From Thalia democratica (taxonomy: Eukaryota): a stretch of DNA of 64,000 bases. Below are positions 12,403 to 24,697 of the stretch, piece by piece. The position numbers and the translations under genes are program-made. Under the pieces are notes generated by a model. The model ran no database searches, was not told where the DNA came from, and was given only the letters and a program-made list of their open reading frames with translations. The first letter of the stretch is position 1; each line of letters begins with the position of its first letter. The stretch covers positions 10,168,001 through 10,232,000 of the forward strand of contig OZ241831.1 of assembly GCA_965202585.1 (NCBI GenBank), written 5' to 3'.

Positions 12403-12984
12403 TTTATTATTTTCAATAAAAATATTTACCACAAAGAAGTTACACATAAACTGATTCAATTATGATACAACAGAAAAAAAAGTTAAATGCTTAGGATACA
12501 AATAAATACACAAAAAAAAATTATTAATAAATACTACTACACAAAATTGCTTATTACAAACAAAAAAAATTGATAATTATCAAAAAAATGATTTAAATCT
12601 GTAAAATATGTCTTCAAATTTCAAAACTGTTTATAGAAAAAGGCTGTATTTTCATCACAAACTTAAATAATTTTTAATAAGGTACTTAATGGAGAGATAA
12701 ACACTTAAATGTTTTGTTAGAATACGTGTATAAAAGATGGTCAACCGAAAATAATCTAAAATAACTTTCTTAAGTCTAAAAGATGTTTAAACAAAAAAAA
12801 GTTAAATAGGGTGTAAATCTTGCTATTTATGAGTTCGCAGTTTTTTTAGCTACGTATGTAACCATATATTAATTTGTTTTAAATACTCAGTAAACTAGTA
12901 ATGTATAAAAATATCAATATTAAAACTTAGTTCTTAGTAAAGCTATCAAAAAATTTTCAAAACTGTTATCATGAAACAGTTTTT

Positions 12985-13332
12985 TTCGAAGGACAAAAAA
13001 AACGCTCAAAAAGTTTGGTTTAAGAACCTGGTATATGAAAAACCTTTTGGTTATTGAGTTATGTACCACGGATACATTTTAATGTCTCGTCTAGAACTAC
13101 ACAAATAAACATTTTTTCTTCTACATTCAGAACAATACAGTTTAATGAGCTGTTTTGAATGTAAATTAAAAAAAACACCAAAAAAAGCCACTGATAAACA
13201 AATTCAAACGAGAACACTTTTTGAACCAACTTAAATGTGTAAAAGTTGTTTACTGAACGACAAAAAAAAGCTCAAAATAGTTATTTCTATAACCTGGTAC
13301 GAAAAAACTTTTCGTTTTTCGACTCGTACATC
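12985..13332 (-). repeat. Two adjacent copies of the ~100-bp dispersed stem-loop repeat
   Basis: Copies at about 12985-13080 and 13247-13332 match the AAAAAAAGCGCTC...GGACCTGG...GTCGTACAC consensus seen at 31044. Confidence 0.7.
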
Positions 13333-14689
13333 TATTGAATACAGTTTAACTTCTTGTCCAGGACAAAAGCTTTCACATAAAAAATTAGTAATCTTCAACA
13401 AAAAAAAATATTACACTTTTATGAACGTCCTGTAAATAGAAAAAATAGAATATAGTCAGCCTTATACAATTCTATGTCAAAAAATTTAAATATTGACAGG
13501 GTAGTATCTGTTTTCTCAATAAGGCCACCATTGGATCCTTAACATAATGATTATCAACATGAAGGTGGTAGCTGTACCCAATTTTTTTTTTTAAATTAAT
13601 GATAAACTTTTCTGAGAATCTAAGTAGAGATCTAACAGTCTTTTAAGCTAAAATTTAGGTAAGGGGTAAAACAAAAAATGGTATTGTTTATTAAATTCGA
13701 TTGAAAATTTTGAACTAAGCACAATTGTGAACAACTAGCAGTTTATTCAAGTTTTTTACAGGTCAAGTGTTTTACAATGTATAAGATATAATTACTATTG
13801 TAAGAATTGCTTATTAAAAAAATACTAAAATATTCTTAAGCGTTTTAATATTCCTAAGATGAATGATTTATTGAGTAAAAATTCGAACTTTGTTTTAGAT
13901 AATTTAATAAAAAAATTAAAACATTTTTTTTCAATTTTAAAATAGATTTTTTATCTGTTTTCGGTGGTAATTTGTCACATTTGAACGGGTGTCTTTTTAA
14001 AGACAAGTGTTTATCAAGTAGAGGTTATTGTAAATATTGAACTAGGTACTTTACAAGTTAGACACATACTAAACTGCTCGTAGATAACTAGTGATTTTAA
14101 AAATGGTGGTAATTAAAGCTTAGTTCTCAAAACGCTTTGTTTCTAGCATGTGTCAAAATAGTTAGTAGGTTAATAAATTTACCAACAAAAACCTAAGAAT
14201 AACTATGATTTACGTTAAAGTTCTTTAATTGACGCAGTAATAAGAAAAACACTTGTAATTTTTTTTCCAGTGATAAAACCTTTAAAATACAACTGTTATT
14301 TTTCATACTTATTATTGCAATGAGTGTTTACTAAGCATTCAAGTTAAAGTACTGCTGAAAAATGTCAAGAATGCTTCATTTATTTATAAGATGCATAATG
14401 TCTTGTTGATCTTTCAAAATTCAAGTGGGTGTTTATATAACTTTTTTAAAGTGTCAAATAATGTTTATAAACGATTTTGTTTAAAAACTAGAAGAGCACT
14501 ATTAAAAATAATAAATCAATAAATAGTTTTAGAGAAGCGAACAGCGAACTCTTGCCCGCAGGACACATTTAAAATTTTATTTTTATTACATCTTAACAAG
14601 TATGTCTTTAATACATTAGTTTAATACTTTTGTTGAAACTTTTCAAACTAATCTGTCCCACAAAAGACTTTTATCGACATGTAAAAGCC

Positions 14690-15680
14690 TTGAATAGGTT
14701 TTTTTTTATGTAATTTCGGATCGTTAGTTATAGAAGCTACCAACATCTGTCTCACATTTATAATTTCTATAACTTCTCACTTATGTATACAATATACCTC
14801 CTGGTTGAAATGACGATTAAGTTGTAGGTGACTACTTAATACTTAATCGATTAGTAAACTGACCAGTTTATGTGACATGCGCCTAGGTTTAGCTCTCGTT
14901 TGAACTTCCAAAATAAAAATTTGCACCAAAAAGCTGTTCAGCGCATATGAACTTCGGAAAATCGAAAATACTGACTTTACTACGTTTGTCTCAAGCCTTC
15001 AAAATTTTTCTTGCAAAACCAGATTGTGTTTGGCTTAACATGAAGTATTGTTTGCTGCAACAGTATTCAAATGGATTTTTATCTCTTATATCCTCCTAAC
15101 TCATCAGAAATTAACAAATAGATAAAGTTTTGCTAACAGCTAGCAGTACTTACGCTCTTTGACTGACTTCTACAAGGCAATTTTCAGTATATGTACAGTA
15201 GCTGCAAATTTCGCGTGTTAAACCGAAGTAAAAACTGCAGACACGCACAACCGGCTCGCAGACCTTTGATGTAGTTTAAGAATTAGGCATTACATGCTGA
15301 GCTTGAGATTTTTTAAGTGGAATAGAATGTTGAAGTTCAACATCCATTGGTGCTGACACTGGTTCAAGGTGATGCGTTTTAGGTCTTTTAGTAAACTGTT
15401 CGTAAGTAACCGCCTGTCTTTACTTCAATGTTCTGTTTTATATATGGTATATGGTAAAATTCATATATATATATATATATGGTAAAATTCTGCTACAGTG
15501 GTCTTTATTTATCTCTTGACTGGCAATTTTGAATAACTCGCATATTAGCTAACCAAGTCTCAAGTTTAAATCGACTTTTGCAACAATAACAAAGCTGTCG
15601 CGCAACACTAAATTTTCAATGTATTTCAAAATAACTATTATCAAATCTTTTGAGAAGTGCGTCGAAAACATCAAACATTT
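14690..15680 (-). pseudogene. Possible heavily decayed Ty3/gypsy gag-pol remnant
   Basis: Minus-strand fragments IENLVLRDSFVI (gag-like), ICSYCTYTENC (zinc-knuckle-like) and KPRRMSHKL (RT-start-like) occur in the expected order, with many stops. The resemblance is weak. Confidence 0.3.
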
Positions 15681-16306
15681 GTACGGTATGTAATATCAAC
15701 AAAAAGTTTATCTTGAAAACTTTATGTATTATTTACTAGTTGAAGAAAAATGTATTAGGAAGTTTTTTAAAAACAAAAAAGAAACAACATAATAAAAAAA
15801 TAAAAAGTTACCGAATAAAGTAAAAGTTTTAATGCAAATGTAGTCATACTGGATTATATGAAAAATTATAATTCAAAATATCTAAATAAATTTATCAATC
15901 AATTAGAAGGGGTACTGTCCACTAAGTAGTTTTTGCGCAGCCTTAAGCAAACCAAAATCACTCAGTCTAAAGTACATAAACATTATTACTTATTTAAAAA
16001 AGTTTCATCTGCAAAATCTAAACACGAAATATCAAAAAATGAAGTATTGCATAAAAAACTGGCTTGACCAAGCCTTCATGATTGTTTTGTTATTTTTAAA
16101 ATAGACAATTAAGTTTTGTTTTTGGTCAAGCAATATGAAATTGTGTGCACATTCATACGTGGTAAATTTGTAAAATACAACGGTTACAAGACCCAAAACT
16201 GTGGGCAGAAATAATTCCAGAGCAATATTTTACTTATTTACAACAGGTTTTCCATTAAGTTAGTTTTAAATCAAACGACCCTGAATTAAACGCTTAAATT
16301 TTTTAG

Positions 16307-16401
16307 TATTGTTTATTGAACGGCAAGGTAAAAGCGCTCTAATAGTTTGGTCTAAGGACTAGGTGCACGAAAAGTCTTTCGGTTATCGAGTCGTACACAA
16401 C
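16307..16401 (-). repeat. Copy of the ~100-bp dispersed stem-loop repeat
   Basis: TATTGTTTATTGAACGGC...GGTTATCGAGTCGTACAC. Confidence 0.75.
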
Positions 16402-16708
16402 ATTACAATGAGGGATTTGTTGTTGTCTTTATTATATATATATATGTATATATATATATTATAGAAATTATATAAAGAAAAGAAAGGCAGCAACCCTGCC
16501 TACATAATCAAAAGAACAAAAACCACTAAATAATAACAAAAAAATAACAACAAAATAAATCCAAAAACAAGAACAAACAAAGCAAAGATAAGTTAACTTG
16601 TACATAAGTTGTTTTTAAATAGGCTAACTAAAATTATTCAATTTTAGTTGAAACATCACAATGTGTTTTTTTGTTTTATTCTTTAAAAATCTTACTCTGT
16701 TCTTTATT

Positions 16709-16749
16709 CGTTCTGAGGAGATGCATAAAGCATCGAAACTAAGTAAACG
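16709..16749 (+). ncRNA. Minimal type I hammerhead ribozyme in the 5' pseudo-LTR
   Basis: CGUU-CUGAGGA-GAUGC(AUAAA)GCAUC-GAAA-C(UAA)G-UA-AACG. Intact core, 4-bp stem I, 5-bp stem II, predicted cleavage after GUA (16745). Confidence 0.88.
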
Positions 16750-16907
16750 TTTTGAAAATTAGTTGTTTTTTTATATTACAAATATTAATCTCTGCATTCG
16801 CATTGAGAACTTTGACTTTTGTCAATTAAAAAACATTTTTTCAAACACTAGCTCCTTTAAAACAAAGTAGAGCCTCTTAAATTGATCATTATCAAAAATA
16901 AAAAACA

Positions 16908-19039
16908 ATGAACTTCGACCCAATAAAGTTCAATTACTCTATGAAAAATATACAAGGCTGTACACCTTGGACAGTATATGTCCAAGATGTACAACCAAGT
17001 ATACAACTTCGTAGAAAGACTGAGATGGCGCGCGAGTTTCTTTAAGATCCAGAAAACCGAAGAAAAGAAGCACTAAGAGGAAGACAAAAACCATCAAAGA
17101 AATGTTTTCGCTACAAGAAACACACCACCACCGGACGCAAGGTTAGCTGATTTTGAAAACGCTTTGTACAAGTTAATAAGTAACATTAAATTTAGAAAAT
17201 ACAACAACAGTTTATTAAACACCGTGAAAAAAGATATCAAGAATATAACATCCTCTGACAAATTATTTATTTTTTCTGACAAGTTAACTAACATTTACAA
17301 AATAGACAAAAACACATACAATAAACTTTTGAAAGAAAATATCACATCAGACTACAAAAAATCAGACCCAGGAATAATTGAAAATTTAAATGAAGAAACC
17401 TATAAATTCATCACTAAATACAATGTAAAAGGCAAAATTAAAAAAATAGAACAAAAACCTGCATTCATTACAATCAAAGACCACAAAAAAGATTTTCCAA
17501 ACAAACTAAACTGCAGAGTTTTGAACCCCTCCTAATCCCCTTATAACAACTTCACGAAAGCTAATCTAGACACAATAAATAAAAGAACAATAACAGGCTC
17601 AAAACTAAATCAATGGAAAAACACTGACAGCGTTTTAAACTGGTTCAATAAACTAAAAATAACCCCTAAAACCCGATTCATAAAATTCGATATCACTAAA
17701 TTTAACCCATCTATAACAAAAACAACTTTAATTAACTCACTAAAATTTGCTGAAAAATTCACACCAATCACAAACAACGATCAAAACTTAATACTACATT
17801 CCTGCAAATCTACAATCTTTCACGAAAACAAAACATGGGAAAAAATAAACACCTCTGACCTATTTAAAGTTAGCATGGGATCCTACAATGGAGCCGAAGT
17901 GTGCGACATGGTAGGACTTTTCATGCTAAGCGGAATAAAAAAACTAATACATTCAATGAAGAAGAATTCGGCATATATAGAGACGATGGCCTTGCGGTCA
18001 TCCAATCTAAATCGCCGAGAACCATAGAAAAAACCACAAAATATTTAACAAATGGGGATTTAAAATAACAGTGGATGCAGGCCTAATTAAAACAGACTTT
18101 TTAGATATCGAACTAAACTTACCCAACAAAACATACATCCCATTCAGAAAACCAAACTCGGACATCCTTTACGTAAACAACAAATCAAACCACCTTAATC
18201 AAATATTAAAACAATTACCTATAACTATTAACGAAAGACTAAACAATTTATCAAGTCACGAAGAATCATTTAACCGTATAAAACACAGTTATCAATCAGT
18301 ACTAAAATCCGCCAACTACAAATTCAACCTAACGTACCAAAAAGCAAATGTAAAAACAACAAAATAGCAAAGAAAAAGAAAAATTATTTATTTCAACCCA
18401 CCTCTTTCCCTAACTGTAGCAACTAAAATAGGCAAAGAATTCTTAAACCTGGTAAATAAACACTTTGACACAAACCACCCATATCACAAAATCATTAACA
18501 GGAACACACTCAAAATTTCTTATAGCTGTATGGAAAATTTTAAAACGAAAATTCTTAAACACAATAACAAAATGTTAAACGACCTAAACTTCAAACAACA
18601 AGAAAAAACCTGCAACTGCAGGAAAGAAAAATGCCCGTTAAACAATAATTGTCTATCAAAAAATATAATCTACCAAGCAACTATAAAAACAGATGATATA
18701 ACAAAATTTTACGTAGGTTCCACTAGTACAACATTTAAAAACAGATATAGCAACCATAAAGCCAGCTTTACCAACAAATTAAAAAGACACAATACCGAAC
18801 TATCGAACTATATTTGGGAATTAAAAGACGCAAAAAAAGACTATAATTTAAAACGGAAATACTCTGCAGAACCAAAACAAAACCGAAAAACAATAAAACA
18901 TGCCATTTATGTTGCTTGGAAAAAAACAAGATTGAAAAAATTAAAAAAAGATTTATCATTAAATAAAAGAAAAGAAAGGCAGCAACCCTGCCTACATAAT
19001 CAAAATATGTATTTCAAAAGAACAAAAACCACTAAATAA
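16908..19039 (+). pseudogene. PLE polyprotein (RT + C-terminal GIY-YIG endonuclease) broken by stops and frameshifts
   Basis: Motifs in order: MNFDPIKFNYSMKNI, FVERLRWRASFF, CRVLNPS, NQWKNT, FIKFDI..FNPSI, MGSYNGAEVCDMVG, GIYRDDGL (about 17969-17992), CNCRKEKCPLNNNCL, IIYQA...FYVGST, RYSNHK, C-terminal CLH. Confidence 0.93.
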
Positions 19040-19215
19040 AAAAAAAAAAAATAACAACAAAATAAATCCAAAAACAAGAACAAACAAATCAAAGATTAGT
19101 TAACTTGTACATAAGTTGTTTTTAAAATAGGCTAACTAAAATTATTCAATTTTAGTTGAAACGTCACAATATGTTTTTTTGTTTAATTTTAAAAAAATCT
19201 TACTCTATTCTTTAT

Positions 19216-19258
19216 TCGTTCTGAGGAGATGCATAAAGCATCGAAACTAAGTAAACGA
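19216..19258 (+). ncRNA. Minimal type I hammerhead ribozyme in the 3' pseudo-LTR
   Basis: Same core as the 16709 copy, with stem I UCGUU/AACGA. Predicted cleavage after 19253. Confidence 0.88.
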
Positions 19259-19357
19259 TTTGAAAATTAATTGTTTTTTTTAATAATATAAATATATACA
19301 TATATATATATATAAAACAATTATACATATATATATACATATATATATATATATATG

Positions 19358-19460
19358 TATTGTTTATTGAACGACAAAAAAGCGTTCGAAGTTTTTAAAC
19401 CTAGTGCACGAAAAAACATTTCCGTAAATGAGTCGTACACCACTTGGATACATTTTGACC
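19358..19460 (-). repeat. Copy of the ~100-bp dispersed stem-loop repeat
   Basis: TATTGTTTATTGAACGAC...GAGTCGTACACCAC, next to a (TA)n tract. Confidence 0.7.
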
Positions 19461-19799
19461 TCTTGTCCATGACAAAATACACAGAGATAAGTACATTTTT
19501 TTTTTAATAAAAAAACTATTTTGTAAACTTAAAAATTTTTGTGCACACATTAACTAAAAATAAAGCAAAAGAATATTTATAAAAAAGTTAATTACAAACT
19601 ATCGAAAGCGTGTGAAAATATTTTTTTAGACTTAAGAGTTGCTTTGAAGACTCAGTTCTGTGTTAGACTAATTTTTTATGGATATCTAATAGAAAAACTA
19701 AGCTTTATAATTACTTTAAAACTAAAGGAACAAAAAATTATCTCTTCCATGATAAAAAACATTGTTCCAAACTTTTTGCTTTGCAACAATAAACGTTTT

Positions 19800-20080
19800 C
19801 AAGGTCAAGCAAGTGTATTACATCACGTGTAATTTTGAACCTTTAATATTTAAAACTTAGTTAGCAAAATGTATGCATAACTTTATACAAGATAACCTCG
19901 GTTACACGCTTCTTAGATAATACTCACAAGGTTGAATTCTCGATATTAAAACCACAAAGCTTAAGAAACAAGTATTCACAAGCTTAACAACTACTAAAAG
20001 TACTAATTATCACTAAGGTGAACTCCCAATCAGTTGCTGCCAATACATACCAGACTAGTAGCATAATAAATACTGGAAAT
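19800..20080. repeat. Unclassified dispersed repeat
   Basis: Shares GCAAGTGT..TACATCA.GTGTAATTTT and CAAGTATTCAC blocks with 36240-36440, and with the reverse complement of the distal part of each 1111-bp tandem unit. Confidence 0.5.
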
Positions 20081-20997
20081 TATATAGTTTTATTTAGATA
20101 AACAAAAAACTACTTAATACCAAAAAGTATATCAACGAAAAAACTTATAACTAATTCAGAACAAAATAGTAATAAGTATTTATTTAAAACCTGTAAAAAA
20201 ATGTAACAAAAGTATATAAATAGAAACTTATACACAAAATTTTACCCATCAATTCACATATCCAAACAATCAATATAATACAATCAGGACACAGCAACTT
20301 GCAGATAAATCAGGTCAAACAGTTTAGAACACCCCTAACGGTTCAGTATACTTGAATATTTCTTTTTTCGAGAACTTTAATTTTTTTTGGGACACAATAC
20401 CTTAGAATTCAAGTATCTAAAGGAGTTTAGGCAAAGCATTGCTATAAGTCTTTCAACTGAAAAATATCTATTTGAAAATCTAGTATAAGTCGAGTGAATA
20501 AATCTAATTAATGTAAAGAAACTAATAGTCAACCTCAGATACTCCAAAAGTATTTAACATAAATCTAAAAACTTTCAGATCAAATACCTAACTTAAGTTC
20601 AGAAAGATTAAACACGAACTTACTAGAGAAAAATCGTCGCTTAAATTGCAAAGGTAAAAGAATGTGGTGTACTTAAAGATTTATAGTCACCTAGAAAAAA
20701 ACTTCTTATCTACTTAAACTAATTTGAGTTATAAATTTGAGTTTTATATCTTCAAAAGTTTAATATTCAACAAAATAAAAACATTAAAAAAATACAGCAC
20801 TCTTTAAAAAATTAACATAACAAACATTTGATTTTTATAGTAAATTGAAATAAGCTTAAAAATATGAACTACTAAATGTACTTTTTTTTAAAACTAAATT
20901 AAGATATTTTACTAACAGTCTATCATAAAAAAATAATATAATAAATCTTTTATATATCTTAACAACAAGGTAAAAGTTTTGACGGAAAGACTTTAAA

Positions 20998-21343
20998 CAG
21001 GATTTCCAAAAAACTTGAAAACTTGGAGTTTGACAGCTTAGGCTGAAAGACCTGGAATTTTGAACAAAATCACTAAAAAATCTGAAATTAAAAAATTTTT
21101 AAATGTTAAGCAGAAAAATTTTGATTTAACACAAAATCTACCATATACATAAAAAAATTTTGTTATCATAATTTTTTTTAATTAATAACCACATTTGAAG
21201 TTGCTTTAAAGTATCTTTTTAATGTTTTTATACTTTTTAACACAGTTTTTTACCTTAAACTTAACTTTAAACTAAAAGTAGACCCATAAATATGTACTTC
21301 TGAAAACCTAGAAAAAATTCTTTTAAAACACTTGGCAACTCTG
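20998..21343. mobile_element. Older degenerate CAGGG-family MITE, 6-bp TSD
   Basis: CAGGATTTCC...TGGCAACTCTG, flanked by TTTAAA on both sides; the internal sequence aligns to the 461-884 copy. Confidence 0.8.
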
Positions 21344-22334
21344 TTTAAACCTGTCTAGTAAAACTTAGATTCTCGTCTAAAACCACGTCTAAATTTTAGA
21401 TGTTTTCTCTCTGATCAATACCAAAACCACTAATCTAAAAAAAAAATTTAAGTTTTATACACAATTTAGAACAAAAAAAACTTTTATGCATCAGTTTTTA
21501 ATTGTTTTACGTATAAAAATCGACAATTAAAACTTCAAAGTAATCAAAACTATAAACTAGTGAAAAACTGAACATTAACTACACATAAAACATAATAAAT
21601 AAACTAAATAATAAAAAACCATTATTCATCGACGGCATCCAGTGAAAAATAAATCTGTTTTGTGGTTAAGTCTCGTTAAACTTCTTTGTACCTGCATGGT
21701 TGCCATCTAGCTGCAAATTTTAATTGTAAAAATTCGAAAACTACATTTTTATAACTGAAGCTTATTTAAGTATTACTTTTTAATTCTAAATGTGTGTATA
21801 AAAGGAAAATGGTAATAGAAAGTCTTTTGACTAACTCAAAAGTTAGTTATTGATAAAAAAATCAATTGTATAACTAAAGCATAATTAAAAATACTATTAA
21901 GAACACCAAGGTTATATGTATTCAATGTGTTGTCCATTCTTTTTGATTAGAATTTTAGTTCTCTGTCTGGGATTACTTACCGAACCATGCAGAATTTTCT
22001 GGGATTTTTAGCTCATTCACTCAGAAAATATATATTCAAAGTATCCATACTTAAATCATGAACAGTACAGATTCTTATCCTCAACAAAAACTATGCTATA
22101 AAAGTAATGAAGTACAAAACTGGCAATGCAAGAAGCCGCACCTACTTGCTCCTTAATCTTTAGAAACGAAGTTATAGCTAGTCTTAATTTGATTTTTAGG
22201 TGTGGGAAGATGCTGAATCTTGATAGATATTTAAAGGCTAATCTTCGAAGTATTTATTTATATCTTCATATACTCAAGTTTAACAAAAGGGTTGATCATA
22301 CCAATTCGATCATCAGACCACAAGCCTTCGGTAA

Positions 22335-22375
22335 ACTGAGACCGGTTTCGTCCTTATTAGAACTCATCAGTCAGT
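22335..22375 (-). ncRNA. Minimal type I hammerhead ribozyme (palindromic ACCGGU stem III)
   Basis: Minus strand reads ACUGA-CUGAUGA-GUUCU(AAUA)AGGAC-GAAA-CCG-GUC-UCAGU. Intact core, 5-bp stems I and II. Confidence 0.88.
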
Positions 22376-22507
22376 GATCAGTGCCGTCAGCATTGTCTTT
22401 TGCCGTGCAACATTTAATACATTGTCCACTAGGTAAGACAGCTGGTACGCTCGTATTGAATATGATCAACAAAAACATTGGCGAAATTCTGCAGAGCAGA
22501 AGCCTGG

Positions 22508-22548
22508 ACTGACGGATGAGTCTTATTAAGTACAAAACCTGTCTCAGT
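22508..22548 (+). ncRNA. Mutated, probably inactive hammerhead copy, inverted relative to 22335-22375
   Basis: ACUGA-CGGAUGA-GUCUUAUUAAGUAC-AAAA-CCUGUC-UCAGU. Core changes CUGA to CGGA and GAAA to AAAA. Confidence 0.6.
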
Positions 22549-22664
22549 CTACCAAAGGCTTGTGGTCTGATGATCAAATTGGTATTAAAAATCCTTGTCT
22601 TAAACTAGAGCTTGTCTCACGGCCAACGAAAGTCCAGGCTTCTGCTCTGCAGACTTTCGCCGAT

Positions 22665-24070
22665 TTTTTTGTTGACTCTTCATACACTGAAACATAATTG
22701 CTGCTAATGTATAGAGCAGTGTTGTTCTGAAGTCCCTGCTTCACGCAAATCTGAGGTGCTTTTTAAAGTTTGAGACTGCAATCCACACTATATTGGAAAA
22801 CAGCTTTTTGTAAGGCGGTAGACTCTTTTTACCAATTCAGTAGGAGTTTCTAACGGTTTCGCGTACATTCTGTCGTGTATTATTAGTTCCAATTATGTTT
22901 TTTTTTATAAGAAAACAATCTAACAACTAACGGGTTCAAAATAGCTGTGTATAAAACCAGTAATTTAGTATTCATAGTAACTAGTTGTAGCTAGTACTTT
23001 ACACTGTAACGTTTAAAGTATAATTCATACACTTCATGTATTAATAAATATTTTAAAGCTTTTAAGATGTCGTGCCAATTAAGTATAAAAAAAGGTCATA
23101 GTTAAACATATTACTATTAGCATTTGTTTTGCTAGCGCTGATAAGGTATAAAAATAAATTGTTTAAAACTTTTCTTTACAAAAAACCAATACCTGTTCAA
23201 TTTAAAGCTTCTTGAGCTTAGTAAAAAAAACCATTAAACAACTTGTGCATCAAACTGCCATTAAGATTAGCACAAAACTTGTTAAATAACAAACAAGGTA
23301 GAAGATACGACTGCTTATAAGAGTACTGGTTAAGATTGATTTTTAAAACATGCACTACGAAATATAATAAGACAAAATCATGCATTGCAGCTACAATTAG
23401 TTGCAGTAATACAAAAATTAAACTTTTGGCCAACTTGTAGTTTTTTAGAACATTTAAAAGTTTTAGTTTAGTTTATTTTTGTAACTTAAATTTTTAAAAG
23501 TTATCTTACTTAAAGTTTTTACTTTAAGAAGTTAACCTCTTTTAAAGTGTAATTTAAAAAAATGTATTATTTAAGTTGGTTTAACAAAACTTAAAAAAAA
23601 GTTTTTTGAAAATTCTTAAGTTTGTTATATGATAGAAGAACATAAAAATAAGTAAAAACAAGTTTTTAAAATCCACTATTACTTTATGGTCAACTTACGT
23701 AAAAAATATTTTAGTCTTAGTTTAAAGTTTTCTGACTTTACACCAAAATTAGTTCAGTTTATAGAAATGAAAGTGCTTTTTTAGTTGTTGAACTCTAAAC
23801 AAGAAGTAAAGCAAGCTACATGTTTATAAAGTTTTGCTGTTTAGTGCTATTTTAGAGCACAATATAACAAAATATGCATAACATCAATTCAGGAGTAAGC
23901 AACCTTTTATAAGACTGCAGAGGGATCCAATAATCGAAAATTTTTGTTTGATTTTTGTAACTTACATGAAATTGTAAATATCTAAATTCAATATAAATTT
24001 AAAAAAAATCTAACAATTAAAATTTATACAAGTTACATACTTTAAAATTTAAAAAACTTGTAAAAGTTTT
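22665..24070. repeat. Copy 1 of a long dispersed repeat (inverted partner at 57058-58700)
   Basis: Collinear reverse-complement matches, e.g. GGCCAACTTGTAGTTTTTTAGAACATTTAAAAG and GACTGCAGAGGGAT.CAATAATCGAAAA. Confidence 0.85.
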
Positions 24071-24575
24071 CACAAATTAAAAAAGTTCATCTAGTATTTT
24101 TAGCAAAACAAAATCATATAATAAAGTTTACTACAGAGGTAGGCAAACCGCTGTCCGCCAATCAAAACTATCCGGATCGCAACGTGCTTTTTAGCTAAAT
24201 ACATGTAATGTAGTTTAATATTGTAAAAAAAAAACCCGAATATTTTTTGTGCTTGTGAGTTAACTGTGCAACGTATTTTATTTAGATTTAACTACATATT
24301 AACTCTCACATTTATACTTTTCAATTTTAAATCTTTTCAAAGATACTGTGTCCCGCGGAGGAATATTTTCTTTAAGTATTGTCCGTTCTTCAGGTTGACT
24401 CTCGGTTTAAGACAAAATAAGGTTTATATATTGCAATTTAGTTCATAATATATAACAAGAAAATTTTTGTACTTTTCTTGCTTTATTTATAACTGAGAAA
24501 CTTTTTTGGCGAAACATCGTCTTCCAATAAAATACGAACAAATAAACCTTGCAAAGTTGTCTTTTTAAAGTTAAA

Positions 24576-24697
24576 GTTTATTGAACAACCAAAAAAAGAC
24601 GCTTAAAATATTTGATCCTAGGACCTTGTTAACGAAAAACCTTCCGGTTATCAAGTCGCACACCACGGATACCTTTTAATTTTTTGTCCAGAACAAG
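24576..24697 (-). repeat. Copy of the ~100-bp dispersed stem-loop repeat
   Basis: GTTTATTGAAC...AACCTTCCGGTTATCAAGTCGCACACCACGGATAC. Confidence 0.7.

Larger units (their letters stand above)
16473..19282 (+). mobile_element. Penelope-like retroelement, near full length, with two direct pseudo-LTRs; decayed
   Basis: Direct repeats at about 16473-16775 and 18964-19282 flank an RT-endonuclease frame. Each repeat carries a hammerhead. (TA)n tracts lie on both sides. Confidence 0.92.

Noticed and set aside
16908-19282. Selenoprotein/SECIS coding, as known for some Naiad PLEs
   Set aside because: Conserved Cys positions I checked use TGC/TGT, the in-frame stops I found are TAA, and there is no AUGA...GA SECIS core in the pLTR.
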